Origin: Rickettsiales bacterium
GTDB lineage: Bacteria; Pseudomonadota; Alphaproteobacteria; Rickettsiales; UBA1997
Reading direction: 5' to 3'
Length of the DNA: 26,864 bases
NCBI GenBank assembly: GCA_031255235.1
Contig: JAIRSX010000032.1
Span: forward strand, 1-26,864
Made by a program: the position numbers and the translations under genes. Below the pieces are notes generated by a model. That model was not told the origin of the DNA, ran no database searches, and saw nothing but the letters and a program-made list of their open reading frames with translations. Shown here in pieces: positions 7,501 through 15,324 of the stretch (positions within the stretch are counted from its first letter, which is position 1; each line of letters opens with the position of its first letter).

Positions 7501-8510
7501 TTAAAAAAGAAATTTATTTTTTAAGTAATTTTTAGTCAGTTTTAAAATCATCTTTTTACAAATTCCTTTTTTATTTAGTTTTCTGTTGTTGTATCTATCG
7601 TTCTATTTATTTCTCTCTTAAGAGTTTGTTTTCACATTCCTTTAAGTGTAGAACAAAAGCTTATCATTAGTAATAAGTAAGTAGCTTGTCTTCTCCCATT
7701 GCATTCTTTTAAAGATGCAAAATAAACTTATCATTAGTAAAATCACATTGAACTTACTATTACTAAAACCATATTGAATATTATTTAATCTATTCTTATT
7801 ACATAATCTTCCAGAAGTTTTCTCTATACTATTTACATGATATTCTTACCTCTTGCGAATTCTACATGATTCCTTACCTCTAGCAAATTCATTATTAGAA
7901 TGAAATATTCTAATAATGATCATATCCATTGACTATATAAGACCATTATAGGATTTCCATCCATCAGTATAGATATGGTAGAACCTTACTAATATCTCTT
8001 ACCTTGTATAATAGGCATTAATGTTTCTCTCTACTAGAGCATTATAGGTATTATCTCTTTAGATATATACCTCTTATCTTCTCTCTTAAGAACACACCAA
8101 ATATACTATTGTTTTACCTGTTGTTCTGCTCCTCTTCCTCTTTTTCCTCTTACTCTTCTTGAACCAAAGTAATACTTTCATCTAATTCTCCTTCTCCTTC
8201 TATTTTGTTCTTGTCTGTTATAATACTTTCGTGTAAAATTGCTTCTCTGAGAAAATATTAAAAAACCTGTTAATGGTGTGTTTCTATATTGGACCCTGTT
8301 ATATTTCAGTGCTTTTTGTGATGCTGTTTTATAAATCTAAGAAAGAAAAAAACATCACATTATTGATACTGTTTTTTAAATCTAAGAAAGAAAAAATACC
8401 CTATTATTTTTTCTTATTTGATAATATCAGTTAAACGACTATGCTTTTATCATATATATATATTCCTTCCTAGGATATAATTTTATAAAATTATATTCTA
8501 GTCAAGCACC
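7501..8510 (-). mobile_element. IS1595-family (IS1016-like) DDE transposase remnant, heavily frameshifted
   Basis: Reading across frameshifts from ATG 8453 gives MIKHSRLTDYQIRKII..LDLTAS..NRNTINRFFNIFREAIL..GELDESYFGSRRVRGKRGRGA..GKTIVFGVLKR..PNASRETLMPIIQGK..STIYTDGWKSYNGLIVNGYDHYRIFHSNNEFARGKNHVN.IE.FW..KFNG..DKFVLHLKECE. Candidate left end GGTGCTTGACTAGAA at 8510-8496; no right end found. Confidence 0.9.
8470..8501. repeat. 32-bp near-perfect palindrome in the IS left end, upstream of the transposase start
   Basis: CTAG-G-ATATAATTTTATAAAATTATAT-T-CTAG; the central 22 bp are perfectly palindromic. Confidence 0.8.
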
Positions 8511-8659
8511 ATAACAATTACCATATAAGCGATAAAAGAAAATTTAAAGATTTTGAAAAATGGGGACAGGACAGTATCAACAGATTTGAGAGTATAGAAA
8601 AACAATGCAAAGAAAATGGTAAATTTGATTACCATAAAGATGTTTTCAAACAAAACTAA
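8510..8659 (+). pseudogene. C-terminal fragment of an unidentified gene truncated at the IS end
   Basis: An open frame begins at the IS boundary (HNNYHISDKRKFKDFEKWGQDSINRFESIEKQCKENGKFDYHKDVFKQN*). Its TAA overlaps the TAG of the convergent macB fragment. Confidence 0.4.
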
Positions 8660-8820
8660 CTACTTCTCAAGGCATCAATAGGATTCAATTTTGTTGCTTT
8701 AACTGCCGGAAAATACCACTTAAGACTCCCACAATGACTGCCACAAAAATGGAAATTACAATTGTAGTTATACCAACAAGAATCTTGTAGTTCAACAAAT
8801 GTAAAATTAGCATATGACAG
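8656..8820 (-). pseudogene. C-terminal remnant of a MacB/FtsX-family ABC permease
   Basis: The minus strand reads ..LLNYKILVGITTIVISIFVAVIVGVLSGIF / PAVKATKLNPIDALRSS*, the typical PA.KA..L.PI.ALR terminus, with a 1-nt frameshift near 8710. Confidence 0.85.
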
Positions 8821-8973
8821 TTTGGAGTTTTCAATATGATTTAATAATACTTATAATTACAAATCAGTTTCATATAGGTTAAAATAATATTTAGTTAATT
8901 AAAGGTTTAATAATAATACTAAAAAAAATAATAATCGACTTTTATTGGCCAATCCCCTTACGATTAAAAAAAA

Positions 8974-9002
8974 TTGACACAGGGTTGAATATGATATACA
9001 TT
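8974..9002 (+). promoter_or_regulatory. sigma70-type promoter for tolC-macA
   Basis: TTGACA-N17-TACATT, 14 nt upstream of the tolC ATG. Confidence 0.55.
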
Positions 9003-9016
9003 CCTACTCGAGAGTT

Positions 9017-10348
9017 ATGAGATTTATAAAAATACTATTTTTGTTTTTGATATCTGTCAGTTTTGTTTCTGCAGAGGGGAAGCGCATTCCTGTTCGTGAC
9101 GAAAAGAAAGAGGTTAAGTCTACAAAAAATGATGTTTCTTTGGATATGGTTGATGTTTTGGATATGGCTTTTAAGAATAATCCCAGACTCAGGGAACAGT
9201 GGCTAAAGGTGGATATTAGTAAAAACGAATATGAAGGTGCTAAATCAAGATTTTTTCCGGATATAAGTGGTAGTGTTGGTATTAATCGTGATAGGACAGG
9301 AACTAATGGATATTCTGCATCAATTGGTCTGGAATATTTGTTATTTGATTTTGGTGGTAGAAAGGCAAGGGTTAAGTCATTTGAATATGGGCTTGAGAAA
9401 ATGCAATATGATACGAATAGTTATTTGAGAAATTTTACATTTGATGTGTTAAATGCTTATTATACTTTGCTGTCTTCGATGGCAAAGGAGAGTGCTGCGA
9501 GGGAAGCTGAGATTAGTAGTAGGGAGGCTTATAAGGCAGCTAATACAAGATATAAAGTTGGTTTGGTTGCCTTGACTGATAAATTACAGGCAGAAACCCA
9601 CTATAATCAAGAGAGCTTGAGTTATGCAAAAGCGAAGAACACTACGAAAATAAATAGGGCAAGATTGAATTATCTTTTGAATTTATCTCCAGAAAGTGAG
9701 TTAAGTCTTTCTATTCCAGTTTTAGATATGTCGAATAAAGATGACAAGATTGATGGTAACATTAAGAATCTTGTTGAATCTGCTTTGAAGAATAGAGATG
9801 ATTTGAAGTCTCTTAATTTGGAAAAAGAGATTGCAAAGGAAAATGTTTGGTCTGCTAGATCTGGAAGGCTTCCATCTTTTAATGTAACGGCGAGATATGG
9901 TTATGATGGTGGTTTTGGGGGGAGTAGATCTGGTGATGATTATTGGACAGCTGGGGTTAGTGCCTCTATGCCGTTTTTTACTGGCGGTAAAATTACGAGT
10001 GATATTGCTGACAGAAAGCTTCGACTTCAAGTGGTTAATGAGCGAATGGAAGATTTGATTAAAAATGTTGAGTTGGAAGTGTATAGTGCTTATCAAAATT
10101 ATTTAACTGCAAGGAGGACATTTGATACAAGCGTGGTTATTTTAAAAAGTGCGGTCGAGACTGAAAAAAATGTTTTTGGAAGATATAAAAATGGTAAATC
10201 ATCTATACTCGATTTGCTTACTGCTCAGACGAATCTTGCTAATGCCAAATCTAGTTATATTGAGTCTCAGTATAATTGGTTTATTCAGAGGGCAAGTTTG
10301 ATGAAATCTCTTGGAGATATAAGTTTTTATGAAAAAGGAGAATTATGA
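9017..10348 (+). CDS. TolC-family outer-membrane efflux protein
   Basis: Signal peptide, two OEP repeats (A..NNP.LR; FP.ISG; Y.VG....D.LQA; G....LDLL.AQ); 443 aa. Confidence 0.92.
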   Translation: MRFIKILFLFLISVSFVSAEGKRIPVRDEKKEVKSTKNDVSLDMVDVLDMAFKNNPRLREQWLKVDISKNEYEGAKSRFFPDISGSVGINRDRTGTNGYSASIGLEYLLFDFGGRKARVKSFEYGLEKMQYDTNSYLRNFTFDVLNAYYTLLSSMAKESAAREAEISSREAYKAANTRYKVGLVALTDKLQAETHYNQESLSYAKAKNTTKINRARLNYLLNLSPESELSLSIPVLDMSNKDDKIDGNIKNLVESALKNRDDLKSLNLEKEIAKENVWSARSGRLPSFNVTARYGYDGGFGGSRSGDDYWTAGVSASMPFFTGGKITSDIADRKLRLQVVNERMEDLIKNVELEVYSAYQNYLTARRTFDTSVVILKSAVETEKNVFGRYKNGKSSILDLLTAQTNLANAKSSYIESQYNWFIQRASLMKSLGDISFYEKGEL

Positions 10349-11469
10349 AAAAGAAGTATATTGTTTCGTTCTTGTTGATTCTATTGGTAGTTGGTTATTT
10401 TGTTCTAAAACCTACGAAAGTAAGGTTCAATTTGGAAGATTTTGATATTGAGACAGTTACAAGAGGTGATATTCTCAAGATTATTACTGCGAATGGAACA
10501 ATAAAACCTGTTAGTGTTGTCAATGTTGGAACACAAGTTTCTGGAACAGTGGAGAAGATTTTCGTTGATTTTAACTCGAAAGTTAAGAAAAATCAGTTGC
10601 TTGCGAAGATTGATACATCTGTTTTGGAAAGAAACTTGAATGAAGTAGAAGAGGCCAGAAGGAAGGCGAGATCTACTTATGCTCTTGTTGAGTCTAATTA
10701 TAAAAAGACATTGAATTTGTATAAGCAAAATTTTATTGCAAAGGTTGAACTTGAGGAGGCAGAAACGCAACTCAAAAATGCGAAGTCTGACTACAATATT
10801 GCTAACTCCAGATATGAGACTGCTAAGATAAATCTTGGTTATGCGAGTATCACATCTCCTGTTGCTGGTGTTGTTATCTCGAGGGATGTTGATGCTGGGC
10901 AAACTGTTGCTGCAAGTTATTCTACTCCTACATTGTTTAAAATTGCTGAGGATTTGACAAAAATGCAGATTGAAACTTCTGTTAGTGAGGCTGATATTGG
11001 AAATGTAACAGTTGGTTTGGATATAGAGTTTTCTGTTGATGCTTTTCCGGGTGACAAGTTTTTTGGTAAAATACAGCAGGTGCGACTTAACTCGGTTACC
11101 GAATCTAATGTTGTTGTCTATAATGTTATTATATCCATTAAAAATGATGATTTAAAACTTATGCCTGGTATGACAGCGTATGTTAATATTCCAGTTGGTG
11201 AAGTTAAAGATGTTTTGAAAGTTAATTCTGTTGCTTTGAGGTTTATACCGAATGATGTTATATTGGAAATTTTTGGTATGGAAGAACAACCAAGAAGGCA
11301 AGGATCTGTTGTCGTTTATAAAATAAATACTGATACAAAAAAAGTTACGCCGGTTTATATTAAGAGGGGTATGTCAAACCTTTCTCATACTGAAATTGTG
11401 ACTGAAGATTTGAGGGATGGGGACAAGATTATTTCAAATTCGACATTGGTTGTTAATGGTCGTCATTGA
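10345..11469 (+). CDS. MacA-like efflux periplasmic adaptor (membrane fusion protein)
   Basis: G.I.P...V.VGTQVSG, I.SP..GVVISR.V..GQTVAAS...PTLF.IA.DL..MQ....V.EADIG, L.PGMTA. ATGA overlap with tolC. Confidence 0.92.
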   Translation: MKKKYIVSFLLILLVVGYFVLKPTKVRFNLEDFDIETVTRGDILKIITANGTIKPVSVVNVGTQVSGTVEKIFVDFNSKVKKNQLLAKIDTSVLERNLNEVEEARRKARSTYALVESNYKKTLNLYKQNFIAKVELEEAETQLKNAKSDYNIANSRYETAKINLGYASITSPVAGVVISRDVDAGQTVAASYSTPTLFKIAEDLTKMQIETSVSEADIGNVTVGLDIEFSVDAFPGDKFFGKIQQVRLNSVTESNVVVYNVIISIKNDDLKLMPGMTAYVNIPVGEVKDVLKVNSVALRFIPNDVILEIFGMEEQPRRQGSVVVYKINTDTKKVTPVYIKRGMSNLSHTEIVTEDLRDGDKIISNSTLVVNGRH

Positions 11470-11526
11470 CGGTTCGGTATAACTTGTATTTTTTATAAAA
11501 ATGATGGTGGAGATACTGTTTGGGTG
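11456..11526 (+). pseudogene. possible decayed N-terminus of a MacB-type ABC ATPase
   Basis: An ATG overlaps the end of macA. Removing four small insertions gives MVVIDVRNLYFYKNDGGDTVWV, resembling the first strand-loop of ABC ATPases. No Walker A remains, so the reconstruction is speculative. Confidence 0.35.
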
Positions 11527-11542
11527 AAATTATTATCTATAA

Positions 11543-11841
11543 CAAAAGTTAAAAAAAATCCTTAATACTATAAAACCAGTGGAAGTTATGGGCAATGGTT
11601 ATCGTTATTATAGAAAAGAAGATATAGATAAATTTTCTAATATAGTTCACTTAAACAAATATGTTATTGGTTATTGTCGTGTATCTTCACAAAAACAAAA
11701 GATGAGCTAGAAAGACAGATAGAAAATGTTAGAAACTATTTATGTGCTAAAGGATACAAATTTGAAATTATATCTGATATTGGTAATGGTATCAATTATA
11801 CAAAAACTCTAAATGCACACTTGTTGATGTTATTTCAATAA
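11543..11841 (+). mobile_element. IS607-family TnpA (serine recombinase) remnant, truncated and frameshifted, no tnpB
   Basis: IKPVEVMGNGYRYYRKEDIDKF..YVIGYCRVSSQKQK / DELERQIENVRNYLCAKGYKFEIISDIGNGINY: the end of a MerR-type HTH plus the Y.RVSS serine-recombinase motif, with a 1-nt frameshift near 11700. Confidence 0.9.
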
Positions 11842-12219
11842 CTTGTTTAAACTTATAACGACTTTATAAGTTTTTCTCCTTGATATTTGGATTCTCAATA
11901 AGATATTGAAGTTTTCATGTAACGTCTTATATAAACAATACAACATAAAAACAATCGCTATATAGAAAAGGTGCGGTGGTAAAACAGATGTTTTGAAAAA
12001 AGATGTTATTTTTTGTCTGTCCATTGTTTTCATCAGATATGAGGCAAAGAGTAATAGTGTGTTCTTTTATAAATTATCGGATAAATGTTGTTTTTAATAA
12101 CCAATACCTAAAATAATCAATTCGATTTAGGAGGGATATCCCGCATTTGTATCATTTTGATTTTGTTTTACATAAAATATATTATTTTGTATTTCTGGTT
12201 GTTTGAGTATCCTGTAGTT

Positions 12220-13080
12220 ATGGATGTAGTTAATGATTTTCTTTTTTATTTAGCAACAAAAGGAAGTTCAAAGAATACTTTGATTTCTTATAGAAATGAC
12301 TTAAATGATTTCATAAATTATTTTAGTGGGCGAGATTTTAAAACATTAAATCATAATGATATTAGAATGTGGTTGGGAAACAAAAAAGAAAAATACGATG
12401 TATCATCTATATCTCATTCTTTATCTGTCATAAAAAGTTTTTTTAAGTATCTTAAAAATCATAAAAAAATTGAAAACTCTATAATTCCCATAATTAAAAA
12501 TCCTAAAGTTCATAAAAACTTACCAAGAGCAATTGATTTTCCGAATATAGAGAAGATTATCGATACTATTGCTTTAATACACAAGGATACTTGGCAAGTT
12601 GATAGAGATATTGCTCTATGCTACCTAATTTATGGATGTGGTCTAAGAATCAGTGAAGCATTGAATTTAAAAGCGAGTGAAATAAATGCTACACTTATGA
12701 TTAAAGGAAAGGGCAATAAAATGAGAAGCGTTCCAGTTTTGCCAATTATTATTGAAAAAATAAATAAATATCTTAGAAATATTCCTTTTACAATTCTGCC
12801 ATCCGATTATGTATTTCGTTCAAAAAGAAATTTGAAATATCATCCTACTACTTTTGAGAGACTCATCCAAAATATTAGAATAATGCTTGATTTGAGTGAA
12901 GATGTTACTCCTCATGCTTTGCGACATTCTTTTGCAACACATTTGTTGAGTAATGGAGCAGATTTAAGAAGTTTGCAACAACTTTTAGGACATGCTAATC
13001 TCTCCACTACTCAAATATATACGAAAATTGACAAAAACAGAATTATGGATGCATACAGTAGACTACATCCAAGAAAATAA
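12220..13080 (+). CDS. xerC: XerC/XerD-family tyrosine recombinase
   Basis: S.NT..SY..DL SAM-like domain, G.GLRISEA, GKGNK.R.VP, TPHALRHSFATHLL..GADLR..QQLLGHA.LSTTQIYT. The ATG at 12220 is preferred over the upstream TTG at 12157. XerC versus XerD is not certain. Confidence 0.85.
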   Translation: MDVVNDFLFYLATKGSSKNTLISYRNDLNDFINYFSGRDFKTLNHNDIRMWLGNKKEKYDVSSISHSLSVIKSFFKYLKNHKKIENSIIPIIKNPKVHKNLPRAIDFPNIEKIIDTIALIHKDTWQVDRDIALCYLIYGCGLRISEALNLKASEINATLMIKGKGNKMRSVPVLPIIIEKINKYLRNIPFTILPSDYVFRSKRNLKYHPTTFERLIQNIRIMLDLSEDVTPHALRHSFATHLLSNGADLRSLQQLLGHANLSTTQIYTKIDKNRIMDAYSRLHPRK

Positions 13081-13102
13081 TAATTAGGTGTAACAAAGAG
13101 CT

Positions 13103-13879
13103 TTATTTATCATCTTGTGTCATTTTATCTATTATTTCTTTAAATTCTTTATATCCCATATCACCACTAAAATCATTTCCATTTATAATAAAAGTTGGAG
13201 TTGCTTTTATGTTGTAAGCTTTGATGTCTTCCCTTTCTTTCTTAATTAAAGTGTTAGCAATGGCAACATTTTTAATGCATTCCTTGAATTCGTTTTCATC
13301 ATCCAAAACCGATAAAAATATTTCCCTTAAAACAGCAATTTTTTTTTCAATTTCATCTTTTTTGAATTTTAACCAATCGGTATTTTCAAATAATTTTGAA
13401 ATTAAAAGATGTTTTTGTGATTCATCTTTTACACATGATGGTAAAACGACACCAAGTAAATCGTTTCCATCTGTAAGATCAATCATAATTTTTATTTCAT
13501 ATTTAATTTTATTGGTATCCAGATATTCTTTTTTTATTTGTGGGAAAGTTTCTTTGTGAAAGTTAAAACAATGCGGGCATCCAAATCTTGAAAACTCAAC
13601 AACCGAAATTTCTGAATTTTTATCCCCAAAAATGTTTGATACTTCTTCAACTTTAACTTCTTTTTTCTCATTTTCTGTCTCTATTCTATATCTTTCTTTT
13701 GTAATTCTCTCGAGTCTTTGAAATTCAGTCTCTCTACTTCTAACCAACAATATCATTATTACAAAAACAATAATGACAAGAATATTCCTTCTTAGCTTCA
13801 TATCAGGGTATATAAATATATTTTTTACAAAAAGAAAAAATATAGAGATCACTTTATAAAAAACGGTTTTAAAAACCAT
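13103..13879 (-). CDS. DsbA-like thioredoxin-fold disulfide oxidoreductase
   Basis: N-terminal TM segment, FG..N.EISVVEFS..GCPHC..FH..TFP.IK..Y.DT.K, cis-Pro motif ATPTF.ING. The start is uncertain. Confidence 0.85.
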   Translation of the reverse strand: MVFKTVFYKVISIFFLFVKNIFIYPDMKLRRNILVIIVFVIMILLVRSRETEFQRLERITKERYRIETENEKKEVKVEEVSNIFGDKNSEISVVEFSRFGCPHCFNFHKETFPQIKKEYLDTNKIKYEIKIMIDLTDGNDLLGVVLPSCVKDESQKHLLISKLFENTDWLKFKKDEIEKKIAVLREIFLSVLDDENEFKECIKNVAIANTLIKKEREDIKAYNIKATPTFIINGNDFSGDMGYKEFKEIIDKMTQDDK

Positions 13880-14207
13880 TTTATAAAAATACAGTGTTCT
13901 GAATCATAATAACAACATATTATTATTCATTACACTTATCCATAAAATTAAAAGATACACATAATAGCAAGCAGTAAAGTGATACAACTTATAATATTAC
14001 CACATTACCAAACTGCACAAATATCAATGCATACCTTCAGCTCTATCTTCCAATTGTTTAGTTATTCTTATATGGAAAACAACAATTGCTTTCTATACTA
14101 GGAATAGTAAAAGAGAAAGAGCAAAATACGATAAAAAATATACCAATATTCAAGTAGTTTGGTAAATAGTATTATTTTTTAAAACAAAATAAATTTACAA
14201 TACATAT

Positions 14208-15006
14208 TCAATTACTATAAACTATGCCTAAATTAAATTGTAATTGTTTACTCTCAAAATTGACATTATAGTCGATTTTATGAAGGTAGTTATAATAACT
14301 TCCTTTTTGTTTATATTTTTGAGTAGTAATATCATATCTAGCAGCAAATTCTAAAGAAAATTTTTTACTGAATTGATACTCAAAACCAGCCAGTATGTCA
14401 GCATAAAAACTTCCTGTTCCATCTGTTGCTGCTGTTCCTCCTATTGTTTCTGTGATGAAGTCAATATCATTAGCTGTAGCATCATCATCCCAGAACATCG
14501 ATTTATAACCACCACCAATACCAAAAAAAGGTCTAAATTTGCTACCACTATTAAATCGATATTTTAAATATAAGTTATTATTTAAAATTGACCATCCCAT
14601 TTTTTTTGAATTATTGAAACTAAAGTAGTAACCTAGATACATATCACTATCAAGGCTATCTTCCACAGAAATATAAAAAGTATTATTTTTTACAGTTTCT
14701 TTACGATCTTCTGGATAAGGAATTCTAGTATTATTTAGAGTCACATCTTTTATTTTTTCAGTATAATGACTATTCTCCAAACCAATAGAAAACTTACCAT
14801 TAACTTTATTCGAAGAACTATTTATTATCTCAGCATTCACATTAGTAATCAAAAGCCCAACAATGAGTAAGGAAATACTAATTAGACTTATTTTAGGTTC
14901 TCTCTCTCTCTCTCTGTTGTGTGTATTGCGAACACAGAGTCAAAGAGTTGCCATCACCATTTCTTTCCTGATTTATCAGGTTGTCATTTCTTTTTTGACT
15001 TAACAT
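14208..15006 (-). CDS. outer-membrane beta-barrel protein frameshifted at a (TC)8 microsatellite (candidate phase-variable gene, OFF as sequenced)
   Basis: The long frame carries a signal peptide KISLISISLLIVGLLITNVNA upstream of the track's TTG, beta-barrel strands (RPFFGIGGG, ILAGFEYQF, EFAARY, FNLGIVY), and no in-frame ATG. ATG 15006 opens MLSQKRNDNLINQERNGDGNSLTLCSQYTQQRERER and stops just after the repeat; with 9 or 6 units it fuses to the barrel. Confidence 0.75.
14899..14915. repeat. (TC)8T dinucleotide simple sequence repeat
   Basis: Directly visible; reads as (AG)8, ERERE-encoding, on the coding strand. Confidence 0.95.
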
Positions 15007-15324
15007 ATAGTTACAATTAAAATTTATATTTTCTTTTCTAACAGATGAAATGAAGAATGTAAAAAAAATATGTGCATCATGTATTTAGTACATGTAATGA
15101 CATTATTACTAGACATTCGTATGTTTCTGTGGAGAAAAATATGGAAAATCTTATGGAAAGGGTGAAGAAAGAAAATGGATAATAAATCAATTTTTGTAAG
15201 ACGGTTCAAAATATAATAATCTGTCATTTTTCAGTGACTTAGCCATTAATTTCTTTTAAAGTTCACTTTATTTTTAATTTTTCTTAACTATATACTTTAT
15301 CAGTAGAATAACTAAGATATAAGA

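Noticed and set aside
7681-7696. GTAGCTTGTCTTC as the right terminal repeat of the IS1595 element
   Set aside because: It matches the left end only weakly (about 8 of 13) and transposase-like sequence continues beyond it.
8820-11580. Programmed invertible promoter or cassette driven by XerC or the IS607 recombinase
   Set aside because: No inverted repeats match between about 8820-8960 and 11460-11580, the serine recombinase is broken, and xerC looks like the housekeeping gene.
11830-12150. Track ORF 11830-12033 and a fragment KLQYLIENPNIKEK resembling a glycosyltransferase C-terminus
   Set aside because: There is no diagnostic motif and there are several stops; it may be pseudogene debris but I cannot assign it without a translated search.
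13880-14200. Broken hydrophobic frames on the minus strand (possible decayed membrane transporter)
   Set aside because: Hydrophobic-looking frames arise easily in T-rich DNA and no family motif is recognisable.
14940-14961. TGA read-through or alternative genetic code joining ATG GTG ATG GCA ACT CTT TGA to the OMP frame
   Set aside because: TGA is clearly used as a stop in lepB, rlmE, tolC and macA, so standard code 11 applies; repeat slippage explains the frame better.
15024-15230. Track ORF 15024-15227 and plus-strand fragments such as HVFSTCNDIITRHSY
   Set aside because: They are short, have no motif and lack a credible start and RBS.
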